Source of the DNA: Candidatus Sericytochromatia bacterium
Lineage (GTDB): Bacteria; Cyanobacteriota; Sericytochromatia; S15B-MN24; UBA4093
Length of the DNA stretch: 48,860 nt
Direction: 5' to 3'
Assembly: GCA_036676985.1 (NCBI GenBank)
Contig: JAKFBU010000064.1
Location: forward strand, 1-48,860
Made by a program: the position numbers and the translations under genes. The notes under the pieces were generated by a model. That model was not told where the DNA came from, did not search any database, and saw nothing but the letters and a program-made list of their open reading frames with translations. Of the stretch, positions 33,243 to 42,252 are shown piece by piece (position 1 is the first letter of the stretch; every line of letters begins with the position of its first letter).

Positions 33243-34394
33243 ATGACTCCGGAGCCAGGCACTGGACAACAGGGGTTCCCCACCGCCGACCCGCGCAAGA
33301 TCGAGCAGATCTTCGCGGACACGGAGCACCTCGCACGGCTCGGCGCCTGGGAGTGGGAGTTCCCCTCCGGCAAGGTCTACTGGTCCGCCGGGATCTTCTA
33401 CGTCTTCGGCCTGACGCGCGAAACGTTCGACGGCACCTTCGCCACGCTCCTGGCGCTCGCGCATCCGGAGGATCGGGCCAAGGTCCTTCACTCCAAGGAG
33501 CAAGCCCTGCTCCACGGGACCCCCTTCGAGATCGAGTACCGGATCATCCGGCCCGACGGCGGCCTGCGCTATCTCATGTGCCGCGGCGGCGTGTTCCAAG
33601 ATGGATCGACCGAGTGCCGCCGGATCGTGGGCGTCTCGCAGGACATCACCGAGCGCAAGGCACTCGAGGAGCAGCTGCGGAGCCAGTTCGAGCAGCTCAA
33701 GGAGCTGGATCGACTCAAGTCCATCTTCGTCAGCACCGTCTCCCACGAGATCCGCACCCCGCTGACGAGCATCAAGGGGTATTCCGAGTTCCTGGAGGAA
33801 GGGCTGGGCGGTCCGCTCTCCCCGGAGCAGGATCAGTTCGTCCGGCACATCCAGGAAGGCACGTTGCGCCTGGAGCGGCTGGTCAACGACCTGGTCGACT
33901 TCGCCCGGCTCGATGCCGGGACCTTCAAGCTGAAGCCCGAGCGCGTCGAGATCGGGGCCAAGATCCGCCAGGTCTGCGGGAGCTTCCGGCCGCAGCTCGA
34001 CGAGTCCGGGCAGACGCTCAGGCTCGAGCTGCCCCCGGAGCCCCTCCTCGTGTGGGCCGATGCGCAGCGGATCGAACAGGTGGTCGCGAACCTCGTGGGC
34101 AACGCCATCAAGTTCACGCCGGAAGGGGGCGTCATCCAGGTCTCCCTCAGCGCCGACGACGGCGAGGCCCGCTGCGAGGTCCGGGACAGCGGCCAGGGCA
34201 TCGCCGAGGAGGACCTGCCCAAGCTCTTCCACCGCTTCGCCCAGCTCGAGAGCGGCGTCCGCAAGGGCGGCATGGGCCTGGGGCTGAGCATCAGCAAGGC
34301 GATCGTCGAGGCCCATGGCGGGACCATCGGGGTGCTGAGCCAGGAAGGCTCGGGCTCGACGTTCTGGTTCACCCTGCCCCTCGAGGGTCAGTAG
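33243..34394 (+). CDS. PAS (PAS_3) histidine kinase (orphan)
   Basis: LGAWEW..WS..HPEDR..EYRI.RPDG..QDITERK; SHEIRTPL; NAIKFT; GLGL; start uncertain. Confidence 0.9.
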   Translation: MTPEPGTGQQGFPTADPRKIEQIFADTEHLARLGAWEWEFPSGKVYWSAGIFYVFGLTRETFDGTFATLLALAHPEDRAKVLHSKEQALLHGTPFEIEYRIIRPDGGLRYLMCRGGVFQDGSTECRRIVGVSQDITERKALEEQLRSQFEQLKELDRLKSIFVSTVSHEIRTPLTSIKGYSEFLEEGLGGPLSPEQDQFVRHIQEGTLRLERLVNDLVDFARLDAGTFKLKPERVEIGAKIRQVCGSFRPQLDESGQTLRLELPPEPLLVWADAQRIEQVVANLVGNAIKFTPEGGVIQVSLSADDGEARCEVRDSGQGIAEEDLPKLFHRFAQLESGVRKGGMGLGLSISKAIVEAHGGTIGVLSQEGSGSTFWFTLPLEGQ

Positions 34395-34419
34395 GCGACG
34401 GATCGACTGGGGCCTCCCC

Positions 34420-36705
34420 CTATCGTTGCTCGGTCTCGCACACGGCGAAGGGCTCGCATGCCTTGCTCACCGACCAGCCCGTCTTGAGGCCCACGATGAA
34501 CCAGGTGAGCGCGAGCACGCCGACGGCGAAGATCGTGTCCCCGATGACGCGCAGCCAGCGCAGGACGTTCATGAGGCCGGTCTGCGTGAACTCCGCCGAG
34601 CGCGCGAACCAGTAGCCGTGCTCCACGCTCGCCCAGGTCTGCATGAGGCCCACCGGCAGCACGCTCAGGAGCACCATGAGCGCAAGCCCCACGTTGATGG
34701 CCCAGAACGCGAACTTGAGCGTCTTGGTGTGCCACTGGTGGCGGGTCGCCAGGCCCTTGAGGCAGAAGAGCGTGAGGCCGATGCCGAGCATGCCGTAGAC
34801 CCCGAAGAGGGCAGTGTGGCCATGCACGGGCGTGGTGTTGAGGCCCTGCATGTAGTAGAGCGAGATGGGCGGGTTGATGAAGAAGCCGAAGAGGCCCGCG
34901 CCCACCAGGTTCCAGAAGGCGACCGCCACGAAGAAGTAGATGGGGTACTTGTAGGCCGCCACCCAGGGACGCGCCCAGGCATGGGTGTAGTTCTCGTAGG
35001 CCTCGAAGCCGATGAGCACCAGGGGGACCACCTCGAGCGCGCTGAAGGTGGCGCCGAGCGCGAGCACCGGGGTGGTCGTGCCCGTGAAGTACAGGTGGTG
35101 GAAGGTCCCGATGATGCCGCCCGCCAGGAAGATGATGGTCGAGAACAAGACGGCGACGGTCGCCGTGTGGACCCGCAACAGGCCCATGCGGGTGAACAGG
35201 AAGGCGATGACCGTGGTGGCGAAGACCTCGAAGAACCCCTCCACCCAGAGGTGGACCACCCACCAGCGCCAGTACTCGGCGACGGCGAGGTTGGTCTGGC
35301 GGCCGTACATGAAGCCCGCCCCGTAAAAGAGGGCGATCGCCGCCGACGAGAGCAGGAACATGCCGAGCAGGCTCTTCTGCTCGGGCGAGGCCTTGAAGGC
35401 CGGGAGCATGGCGCGGACCATCAGGCCCAGCCAGACGAAGAGGCCCACCCACAGGAACGCCTGCCAGAACCGGCCCAGGTCCACGTACTCGTAGCCCTGG
35501 TGCCCGAACCAGAAATTCTCGACGAGCCCCAGGCGCTGCTGCACGCCCAGCCACTGGCCGGCCATGGAGCCCACGACGATGACGAGCAGACACACGAACA
35601 GGAAGTTCACGCCGGCCCGCTGGAACCGGGGCTCGTGGCCCGAGACCGCGGGCGCCATGAAGAGGCCGGTCGCGAGCCACGCCGTCGCGATCCAGAAGAT
35701 GCCGAGCTGGGTGTGCCAGGTCCGCGCCACCGAGTAGGGCAGCCACTGATCCAGGGGGATGCCGTAGAAGCCGGATCCCTCGACGCCGTAGTGCGCGGAA
35801 ACCACGCCCATGCTCATCTGCACGACGAGCAAGGCGGCCGCGACCCAGAAGTACTTGAGGGTCGCCCGCATGGAGGGCGTGGGGCTCAGGGCCAGCAAGG
35901 GATCCGTCTCAGGACGGGCGTGCCGCTCCTCGGGCGCTTGCCTGTTGGTCCAGGCGTAGTACCAGACCAGGCCGCCGATCCCGGCCAACAGGAGCACGAA
36001 GCTCACGACCGACCAGAGGACCATGGAGCCCGTGGCGACGTTGTCGATGAGGGCCTCGGGCGGCCAGTTGTTGGTGTAGGTGATGGCTTGGCCCGGACGG
36101 TTGGTCGCGCAGGCCCAGGCGGCCCAGAAGAAGAAGGCGTTGAGCTGGCGCAGGCGCGCCGGGTCCTTGATCGTGCCGGCGGGAATGGCATAGGCGTGCC
36201 GCAGCTGGGCCAGAGCCGGGTCGTTGCCGAACAGCGAGGTGTAGTGGCCGCTCACGGCCGCCACGGCCCGCGCCCGGTCGGGCGAGACCGTGAGGGTGCC
36301 GGTGCCGGGCTCGAAGGTGTTGGTCCTCAGCTCGCGCTTGAGGCGCACCTTGAGGGGGGCCTGCACGGCTTCGTCGAGCTGGACGTAGGGCTTGCCGTGG
36401 GCGGCCATGGCCCAGGTGTCCAGGAGCCAGACCGCCTCGCGGTGCAGCCAGTCCGCCGACCAGTCGGGAGCCACGTAGGCGCCGTGGCCCCAGATCGAGC
36501 CGACCTCCTGGCCGCCCATGGACTGCCAGACGTTCTGGCCGTCCTTGATCTCCTGGCCGGTGTACAGGACCCGCCCGTCGGTGGACACGACCCGTTCGGG
36601 GACCGGGGGGGCCACGCGGTAGATGTCCCAGCCGTAGTAGCCGAGGACGGCGAAGGACGCGACCAGGACGATCGCGAGCCACATCCAAAGCTTGCCGTAA
36701 CGCAT
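34420..36705 (-). CDS. norZ: quinol-dependent nitric oxide reductase (qNor)
   Basis: GSIWGHGAYVAPDWSADWLH, YTNNWP, QGYEY, WWVVHLWVEGFFE, GTFHHLY, HGHTA. Confidence 0.95.
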   Translation of the reverse strand: MRYGKLWMWLAIVLVASFAVLGYYGWDIYRVAPPVPERVVSTDGRVLYTGQEIKDGQNVWQSMGGQEVGSIWGHGAYVAPDWSADWLHREAVWLLDTWAMAAHGKPYVQLDEAVQAPLKVRLKRELRTNTFEPGTGTLTVSPDRARAVAAVSGHYTSLFGNDPALAQLRHAYAIPAGTIKDPARLRQLNAFFFWAAWACATNRPGQAITYTNNWPPEALIDNVATGSMVLWSVVSFVLLLAGIGGLVWYYAWTNRQAPEERHARPETDPLLALSPTPSMRATLKYFWVAAALLVVQMSMGVVSAHYGVEGSGFYGIPLDQWLPYSVARTWHTQLGIFWIATAWLATGLFMAPAVSGHEPRFQRAGVNFLFVCLLVIVVGSMAGQWLGVQQRLGLVENFWFGHQGYEYVDLGRFWQAFLWVGLFVWLGLMVRAMLPAFKASPEQKSLLGMFLLSSAAIALFYGAGFMYGRQTNLAVAEYWRWWVVHLWVEGFFEVFATTVIAFLFTRMGLLRVHTATVAVLFSTIIFLAGGIIGTFHHLYFTGTTTPVLALGATFSALEVVPLVLIGFEAYENYTHAWARPWVAAYKYPIYFFVAVAFWNLVGAGLFGFFINPPISLYYMQGLNTTPVHGHTALFGVYGMLGIGLTLFCLKGLATRHQWHTKTLKFAFWAINVGLALMVLLSVLPVGLMQTWASVEHGYWFARSAEFTQTGLMNVLRWLRVIGDTIFAVGVLALTWFIVGLKTGWSVSKACEPFAVCETEQR

Positions 36706-36859
36706 GGCCACCTCCATCGGACGTTCCGATCGAAGGCTAGGCTCCCGGGCTCCCGGTCACAAGCTCCGCCCGGTCGCTCCTCGGGTCGTGTGCCCCTCGA
36801 CGAGCGGTCGCTCTGGATCGGGAGAAGGTTTTCGTCGCCGGTGGGCGGGCGCCTCGAGG

Positions 36860-39463
36860 CTAGTCCCCGCGCTCCGGCGGCAGTGCCCGTTTGCTCACCT
36901 CGACGGCCACGAGCGTGACCAGGGCCGCGATTCCGACGCCCATCCAGTCCCCCGGGGCCAGCGGCGTCATGCCGAGCAGGTCGCGCAAGGACGGCCAGAA
37001 AAGGGCCAGTAGCTGCAAGAGGACGGCCATGCCCACGAAGACCAACAGCAGGCGGTTCCCACCGAAGCGCCATCCCCCGAAGGGCCGTGGCGATCGATCG
37101 CTGAACGTATGCAGCATGAGCGAGGTCGCGAGCGTCGCGAAGACGAGCGTGCGCCCGTGCTCCAAACCGCCGTGACGCATGCCCCAAGCGCCCAGCGCCA
37201 GGGTCGCCACCGCGAGGATGAGCCCGTGCCAGAGGATGGAGGCCAGGCGAGCGGGCGGCAGCAGAAGGGCCTTTCGGGGCAAGGGCGGCCGGCGCATGAC
37301 CGACGGGCTCGGCGGCTCCATGGCGAGGCCCAGGGCGGGAAAGGTGTGGGTCAGGAGGTTGAGGTACAGGATCTGAAGGGGCAGCAGGGGCGCGTCGTAG
37401 CCCGCGGCCGTCGTTAGGAGCACGGCCAGCATGGTGGCCATGGAGCAGGTGATGAGGAAGTCCACGGCCTTCTGGATATTCAGGAAGGCCGTCCGCCCCT
37501 CGGCGATGCCCCCGAGGAGCGTGGGGATTTCCTCGTCGACCAGCACCACGGCCGCGGCCTCCTTGGCCACGTCCGTACCGCGCCCCATGGCGACCCCGAC
37601 CATGGCCGCCCTCAGCGCGGGGGCGTCGTTGACGCCGTCTCCGGTCATGACGACCACCTCTTGCTGCTCTTGGAGGGCGCACACCAGCGCATGCTTTCCC
37701 TCGGGGGTCGCCCGGGCGTAAGCGGCCGTGCCCGGCACCGGAACCTCGGCCCCCACCACGACCCGGGGCTCGGCCCCTGCGGCCATATCCAACTCCCGGG
37801 CGATGGCGAGGGCCGTCGCCGGCTGGTCCCCAGTGATCATGATCGTGCGGATCCCCGCCTGGTGGGCCTCGGCCAGGGCCGCACGCACGCCCGGGCGCGG
37901 CGGATCGGCCATGCCCACGAGCCCGAGCCAGACCCAGCCCTCCCCCTCCGAGACGGCGACGCCGAAGACCCGGAGGGCCGTGCCGGCCATCTGCCGGTTG
38001 GCGTCGAGCCAGGCCGCGCGGCCAGACGGATCCAGCAGAACGTCCCCGTCGGCCGTCCGTACGGCCCCACAGCGATCCAGCACGCGCTCGGGGGCTCCCT
38101 TGGAGTAGGAGACCTCGGCGCCGTCCTGCCGGTAGGTGACGACCATCCATGGATGCTCGGCTCCGGGCGCCTCGGTGGCCAGGCGCGGCCAGGACGCCCG
38201 CTCGTCCGCGATGCCCGCCTTCGCGGCGGCCACCAGTAGCGCCCCATCGCTCGGATCCCCGTGAATGTGCCAGCCCGCATCGTGGGACTCGAGCTGGGCG
38301 TCGTTGCAGAGCAGGGCGGCCCTTAGCAGACCCCTCAAGAGGGCTTCGGCCTCATGCGAAGGCTCGCTCTCCCTTTCGAGGAAGCGCCCCTCCGGCACGT
38401 AGCCGATCCCCGTCACCGTTAGCCGGTGGCCCGGCACGCGTACCTCCCGGACGGTCATGGCGTTGGCAGTGAGCGTCCCGGTCTTATCCAGGCACAGGGC
38501 CGTGACGCTGCCCAGGGCCTCCAGGGCCCCGATGTGGCGCACGCGCAGACCGCGGCCGGCAAGGCGCCGGGAGGCCGCCGCCAGCGCCAGGGTGGCCACC
38601 GTCGGCAGGCCCTCGGGGATGGCCGCGATTGCGAGCACCACCGCCGTCTCGGCGAGCGGCCAGAAGGGCTGGCCCTGCCAGAGGCCCAGCGTCAGGATGA
38701 CGGCCGCCACCGCGGCCACCGTCCAGACCAGGTAGCGCCCCAGGGCCTCGAGCCGCTCGGTCAAGGGCACCGCCGGGCTCCTGGTCTCGCTCAGAAGGCG
38801 ACCGATGCGCCCCACTTCGGTTTGGGCGCCAGTGGCCGTCGTCAGGACAATGGCCGAGCCCATGACGGCAAGCGTGCCCGCGAAGACCTCGTTGTCGCGC
38901 TCCAGCAAGGAGGCGGGGCCTTCGCGGGGCTCGAGCCGCTTGGGGGCGGGCACGGACTCGCCGGTCAAGAGCGACTCGTCGACCGATAGGGTTCCCGAGT
39001 AGAGGCGGCCGTCCGCGGGGAGGCGATCGCCCGCCTCCACCACGAGCACGTCGCCCGGCACGAGCTCGGCGGCCGGCACGTCGAGCACGTTACCGTCCCG
39101 TCGCACCCGGGCCCGCGGGGCCGAGAGGGTCTGGAGGGCCGAGATCTCGCGCTCGGCCTGGTAGTCCATGAGGAGGCCCACCCCGGCGTTGAGCACGAGG
39201 GCGGCGAGGATCGCGAGGGCGTCGATCGGATCGCCCAGGAGGAAGGACAGGAGGGCCGCGATGGCGAGCAGGACCACGATGAAGTTCGTCACCTGGCGCA
39301 GGATCAGGGCCCCCAACGAGACGGCCGGAGCCCTGGGCAGGGCGTTGGGCCCGTGGCGCTCGAGCCGGTCGGCCGCCTCGGCACTCGACAGGCCCCGGGC
39401 CGGATCCACTCCGAGCTCCGAGGCCGTCTGTTCGGGGGTCAGTCGAAACCAGTCGGTCGCCAT
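36860..39463 (-). CDS. P-type cation-transporting ATPase, type IIA-like (Ca2+)
   Basis: GLS...A..RL..HGPN, LTGES, IPEGLP, DKTGTLT, KGAPE, DPPR, TGDGVNDAPAL. Confidence 0.9.
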   Translation of the reverse strand: MATDWFRLTPEQTASELGVDPARGLSSAEAADRLERHGPNALPRAPAVSLGALILRQVTNFIVVLLAIAALLSFLLGDPIDALAILAALVLNAGVGLLMDYQAEREISALQTLSAPRARVRRDGNVLDVPAAELVPGDVLVVEAGDRLPADGRLYSGTLSVDESLLTGESVPAPKRLEPREGPASLLERDNEVFAGTLAVMGSAIVLTTATGAQTEVGRIGRLLSETRSPAVPLTERLEALGRYLVWTVAAVAAVILTLGLWQGQPFWPLAETAVVLAIAAIPEGLPTVATLALAAASRRLAGRGLRVRHIGALEALGSVTALCLDKTGTLTANAMTVREVRVPGHRLTVTGIGYVPEGRFLERESEPSHEAEALLRGLLRAALLCNDAQLESHDAGWHIHGDPSDGALLVAAAKAGIADERASWPRLATEAPGAEHPWMVVTYRQDGAEVSYSKGAPERVLDRCGAVRTADGDVLLDPSGRAAWLDANRQMAGTALRVFGVAVSEGEGWVWLGLVGMADPPRPGVRAALAEAHQAGIRTIMITGDQPATALAIARELDMAAGAEPRVVVGAEVPVPGTAAYARATPEGKHALVCALQEQQEVVVMTGDGVNDAPALRAAMVGVAMGRGTDVAKEAAAVVLVDEEIPTLLGGIAEGRTAFLNIQKAVDFLITCSMATMLAVLLTTAAGYDAPLLPLQILYLNLLTHTFPALGLAMEPPSPSVMRRPPLPRKALLLPPARLASILWHGLILAVATLALGAWGMRHGGLEHGRTLVFATLATSLMLHTFSDRSPRPFGGWRFGGNRLLLVFVGMAVLLQLLALFWPSLRDLLGMTPLAPGDWMGVGIAALVTLVAVEVSKRALPPERGD

Positions 39464-39519
39464 GCCGGCATCATGCACCCGGGCCGGGGGACTGTCGAGC
39501 GGAGTCCCCACGGACCTCT

Positions 39520-39981
39520 CTAGGCTTCGGGACGGGCCAGGACCGCCAGGGCGCCGAGCATCGCCAGGCCGCTCACGCTAAGCGGTGCGAGCGGCGGGAG
39601 GCCCTCCTCCTCGTCATGCTTCTCGCCCGCTTCGCCCTTTTCCGAGTCGGCCCAGGCGAAGGTCTGGGACTGGAGCCAGGCGACCGCCCGCCCGGGGGCC
39701 GAGGCGTGCTCGTTGGCCTCCTCGTAGTGCGTGTAGGTGCCGACGAGGCCCGTGAGGGCCACGAGCCCCAGGGCTCCGGCGAGCACGGTCGCGGCCCGAC
39801 CCCGCACCCAGAGGCCGGCGAGGCAGAAGAGGGCGCCGAGGGCGGTCGCGCCCACGGCGATGAGCTGGAGCACCTCGGTGTGGTGCATCCAGAGGAGCTC
39901 GACGAGGGTCAGGACGAAGCCGCCGGCCACCAGGCCCAGGACGAGCTGGGGAAAGCGGGCTTGCACGAAGGTCGGGGGCAT
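39520..39981 (-). CDS. hypothetical membrane protein
   Basis: About 4 hydrophobic segments, C-terminal PPLAPL; TGATG coupling to the PepSY gene. Confidence 0.75.
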   Translation of the reverse strand: MPPTFVQARFPQLVLGLVAGGFVLTLVELLWMHHTEVLQLIAVGATALGALFCLAGLWVRGRAATVLAGALGLVALTGLVGTYTHYEEANEHASAPGRAVAWLQSQTFAWADSEKGEAGEKHDEEEGLPPLAPLSVSGLAMLGALAVLARPEA

Positions 39982-40253
39982 CACTTGGCTTCCTTTCGCT
40001 TGGACAGGACGACCTGGCCGGTCACGGCATCGACCGTGACCTTGCGATCGTCGTCGAACTCGATCACGTAGACGGGGCGGGAGTTGCGGACCTCGAGCTC
40101 GATCTCCTGGGCCGTCCCACTGTGGCCGCCCTGGGCGACCTTGATGGCCTGGGCGGGCGTGAGCTTGGCCTTGGCGGCGACGGACTCCAGGTCCTCGGCG
40201 CGGGCCGGATGGGCGCTCAGGGCGACGAGGGCAAGGGCGAGGGGCAAACGCAT
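39981..40253 (-). CDS. secreted PepSY-domain protein
   Basis: AAGGAG RBS, signal peptide, LT..QAI..A...G...EIELE....VY.IEF....V.VDAVTG.V. Confidence 0.85.
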   Translation of the reverse strand: MRLPLALALVALSAHPARAEDLESVAAKAKLTPAQAIKVAQGGHSGTAQEIELEVRNSRPVYVIEFDDDRKVTVDAVTGQVVLSKRKEAK

Positions 40254-40286
40254 GGGGAACTCCTTTCGAACGCGGGCCACGCTCTC

Positions 40287-40318
40287 AAGGTAGCCGGGGA
40301 TCGTGAAAAAATCGGGAA
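40287..40318 (-). promoter_or_regulatory. OmpR-type direct-repeat box and -10 of the PepSY operon
   Basis: TTCCCGAT-TTT-TTCACGAT (11 bp period) then TACCTT. Confidence 0.6.
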
Positions 40319-40323
40319 CGACC

Positions 40324-41544
40324 TCAGGCCGCGGGCAGGCGCAGCCCGAAGGAGGTCGCCTCGGCGGTCGAGGCCCCCAGGAACAGGTCGCCGCCGTGCG
40401 CGCGGGCGATGGCCCGGGCGAGGGCGAGGCCCAGCCCCGCGCCCTCCGGGTTCGCCGATCGTCCCGCCGGGAGGCGGGCAAAGCGCTCGAAGAGGCGATC
40501 GCGCTCCGGCGCCGGGATCGCGGGCCCGGCGTTCGTGACCTCCAAGAGCACCGCCCCGCCCGAGCGGCTCAGGGCGACGCGCACGGCCGTGTCGCGATCG
40601 CCGTAGCGCAGGGCGTTGTCGAGCAGGTTGCGGACGACCCGGGCGAGCTGCGCGGGGTCCCCCCGGACCCAGCCCGCCTCGTCGCCGACGGAGGCCTCGA
40701 TGGCCATGCCCCGCTCGCGGGCGAGCCCCCCGAAGGCCGCGACCTCCTCCTCGACGACCTCGGCCAGGGAGAAGCGCATGGCCGCCTCCCCGAGGCCCGC
40801 GTCCGCCCGGCCCAGGAGCAGCAAGTCCGAGACCAGGGCGCTCATGCCGCGCAGCGTCCGCACCATGCGCTCCAGGCGCTCGCGGACGCTCCCCGTGGCC
40901 TCGGGGGACTCCAGGGCGAGCTGGGCCTGGTTGAGGAGCACGGTGAGCGGAGTGCGCAGCTCGTGGGAGGCGTCCCGCGTCAGCTCCCGCTCCCGCAGGA
41001 GGGCCGCCTCGATGGGGGCCAGGGCCCGGGCGGTGAGCCAGCGGCCGCCGAGCCATGCGAGCAGGAGCGCTGCGGGAAGCATCAGGGCGAGCGCGATCCC
41101 CAGGCCCCGGAGGGCGTCATGGGTGCCCTCGGCCGAGTGGCCGATGCGCAGGTAGCCGCGGACCGTCCCGTCCCGGGTGAGGGGGGCCGTGAAGAGCCGC
41201 AAGGGGGGCGACCCGACGGTCACAGCCCCCGGGGTGACGACCGGCTCCGGATCGAGCTGGCGGCCCCGCGCATAGACCACATGCCCCCGGGCGGTCATGA
41301 GCGCCAGGTGGTCGTCATCGTCGAGGGCGAGCTCCGAGAGCTCGTGGGCCACGTCCGTCAGGTCCTCGTCGTCCCGGCCAAAGGCCTCCAGGGTCGGGGC
41401 CAACAGGTGGCGGTTGGTGTCGTCGAGGCCCTGGAGGAGGACGGCCCGGGTCGCGACGAAGGTGCCGAGCGCGAAGAGGCCCACGAGGAGGAAGAGGACC
41501 GACAGGTTCCAGAGCGTGAGCCGCCGCTTAGCTTGCTGGAACAT
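40324..41544 (-). CDS. two-component sensor histidine kinase
   Basis: Two TMs, DASHELRTPL, NLLDNALRY, GAGLGL. Confidence 0.92.
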   Translation of the reverse strand: MFQQAKRRLTLWNLSVLFLLVGLFALGTFVATRAVLLQGLDDTNRHLLAPTLEAFGRDDEDLTDVAHELSELALDDDDHLALMTARGHVVYARGRQLDPEPVVTPGAVTVGSPPLRLFTAPLTRDGTVRGYLRIGHSAEGTHDALRGLGIALALMLPAALLLAWLGGRWLTARALAPIEAALLRERELTRDASHELRTPLTVLLNQAQLALESPEATGSVRERLERMVRTLRGMSALVSDLLLLGRADAGLGEAAMRFSLAEVVEEEVAAFGGLARERGMAIEASVGDEAGWVRGDPAQLARVVRNLLDNALRYGDRDTAVRVALSRSGGAVLLEVTNAGPAIPAPERDRLFERFARLPAGRSANPEGAGLGLALARAIARAHGGDLFLGASTAEATSFGLRLPAA

Positions 41545-42211
41545 GGCTCGTCATCCGGTAGCCGATGCCGTGCACCGTCTCGATCAGGCGCGGCTCGCCC
41601 GTGTCCCCTATGGCCTTGCGCAGGCCCTTGACGTGCGCCCGGACGAGCTCCTGGCTGGGCTCGGCATCGGCGTCGTAGAGGCGCTCGAGGATGAGCTCAT
41701 GGGGCACGACGCTCCCCGCGTGGCGCATGAGCACCTCCAGGAGGGCCCGCTCCTTCTTCGAGAGCTTGAGGGGCACTCCGGCACGCGTGATCTCGTGGGT
41801 CGCGAGGTCGAAGCGCAGGTCCCCGACGGACAGCACCGCCTCCCGGCTCGGCGTCGCGCGCCGCAAGAGCGCCCGCACGCGCGCCCTGAACTCGGGTAGC
41901 TCGAAGGGCTTGACCAGGTAGTCGTCGGCCCCCGCGTCGAGGCCCGTCACCTTGTCCTCCAGGGTGTCGCGGGCCGTGAGCATGAGCACCGGGGTCGCGA
42001 GGCCGGAGCGCCGGGCCGCGCGGCACAGCTCCAGGCCCGACTGGCCGGGGAGCATGACGTCCAGGATGGCCAGATCGTACGGGTATGAGCGGATCAGGTC
42101 CTCGCCCGTCAGGCCGTCCTCGGCCACGTCGACGGCATGGCCGTCGGCCGTGAGGGCCTCCCGTAGGCCTGAGGCCAGATCGGCGTTGTCCTCCACCACC
42201 AAGATGCGCAT
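41528..42211 (-). CDS. OmpR-family response regulator
   Basis: MRILVVED, LDVMLP, LTARD, GADDYLVKPF, IETVHGIGY. Confidence 0.94.
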   Translation of the reverse strand: MRILVVEDNADLASGLREALTADGHAVDVAEDGLTGEDLIRSYPYDLAILDVMLPGQSGLELCRAARRSGLATPVLMLTARDTLEDKVTGLDAGADDYLVKPFELPEFRARVRALLRRATPSREAVLSVGDLRFDLATHEITRAGVPLKLSKKERALLEVLMRHAGSVVPHELILERLYDADAEPSQELVRAHVKGLRKAIGDTGEPRLIETVHGIGYRMTSHVPAS

Positions 42212-42252
42212 GGGGTCATCATACACCCGGGGGCGGGCGATCGCCCGTGCGG

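Noticed and set aside
32130-34316. 728 aa ORF suggesting a large hydrolase fusion
   Set aside because: The N-terminal part is antisense to the PAS kinase; a promoter, operators and RBS define a start at 33035
34420-36705. Nitric oxide dismutase (Nod)
   Set aside because: Canonical qNor ligands HLWVEGFFE, HH and HGH are intact
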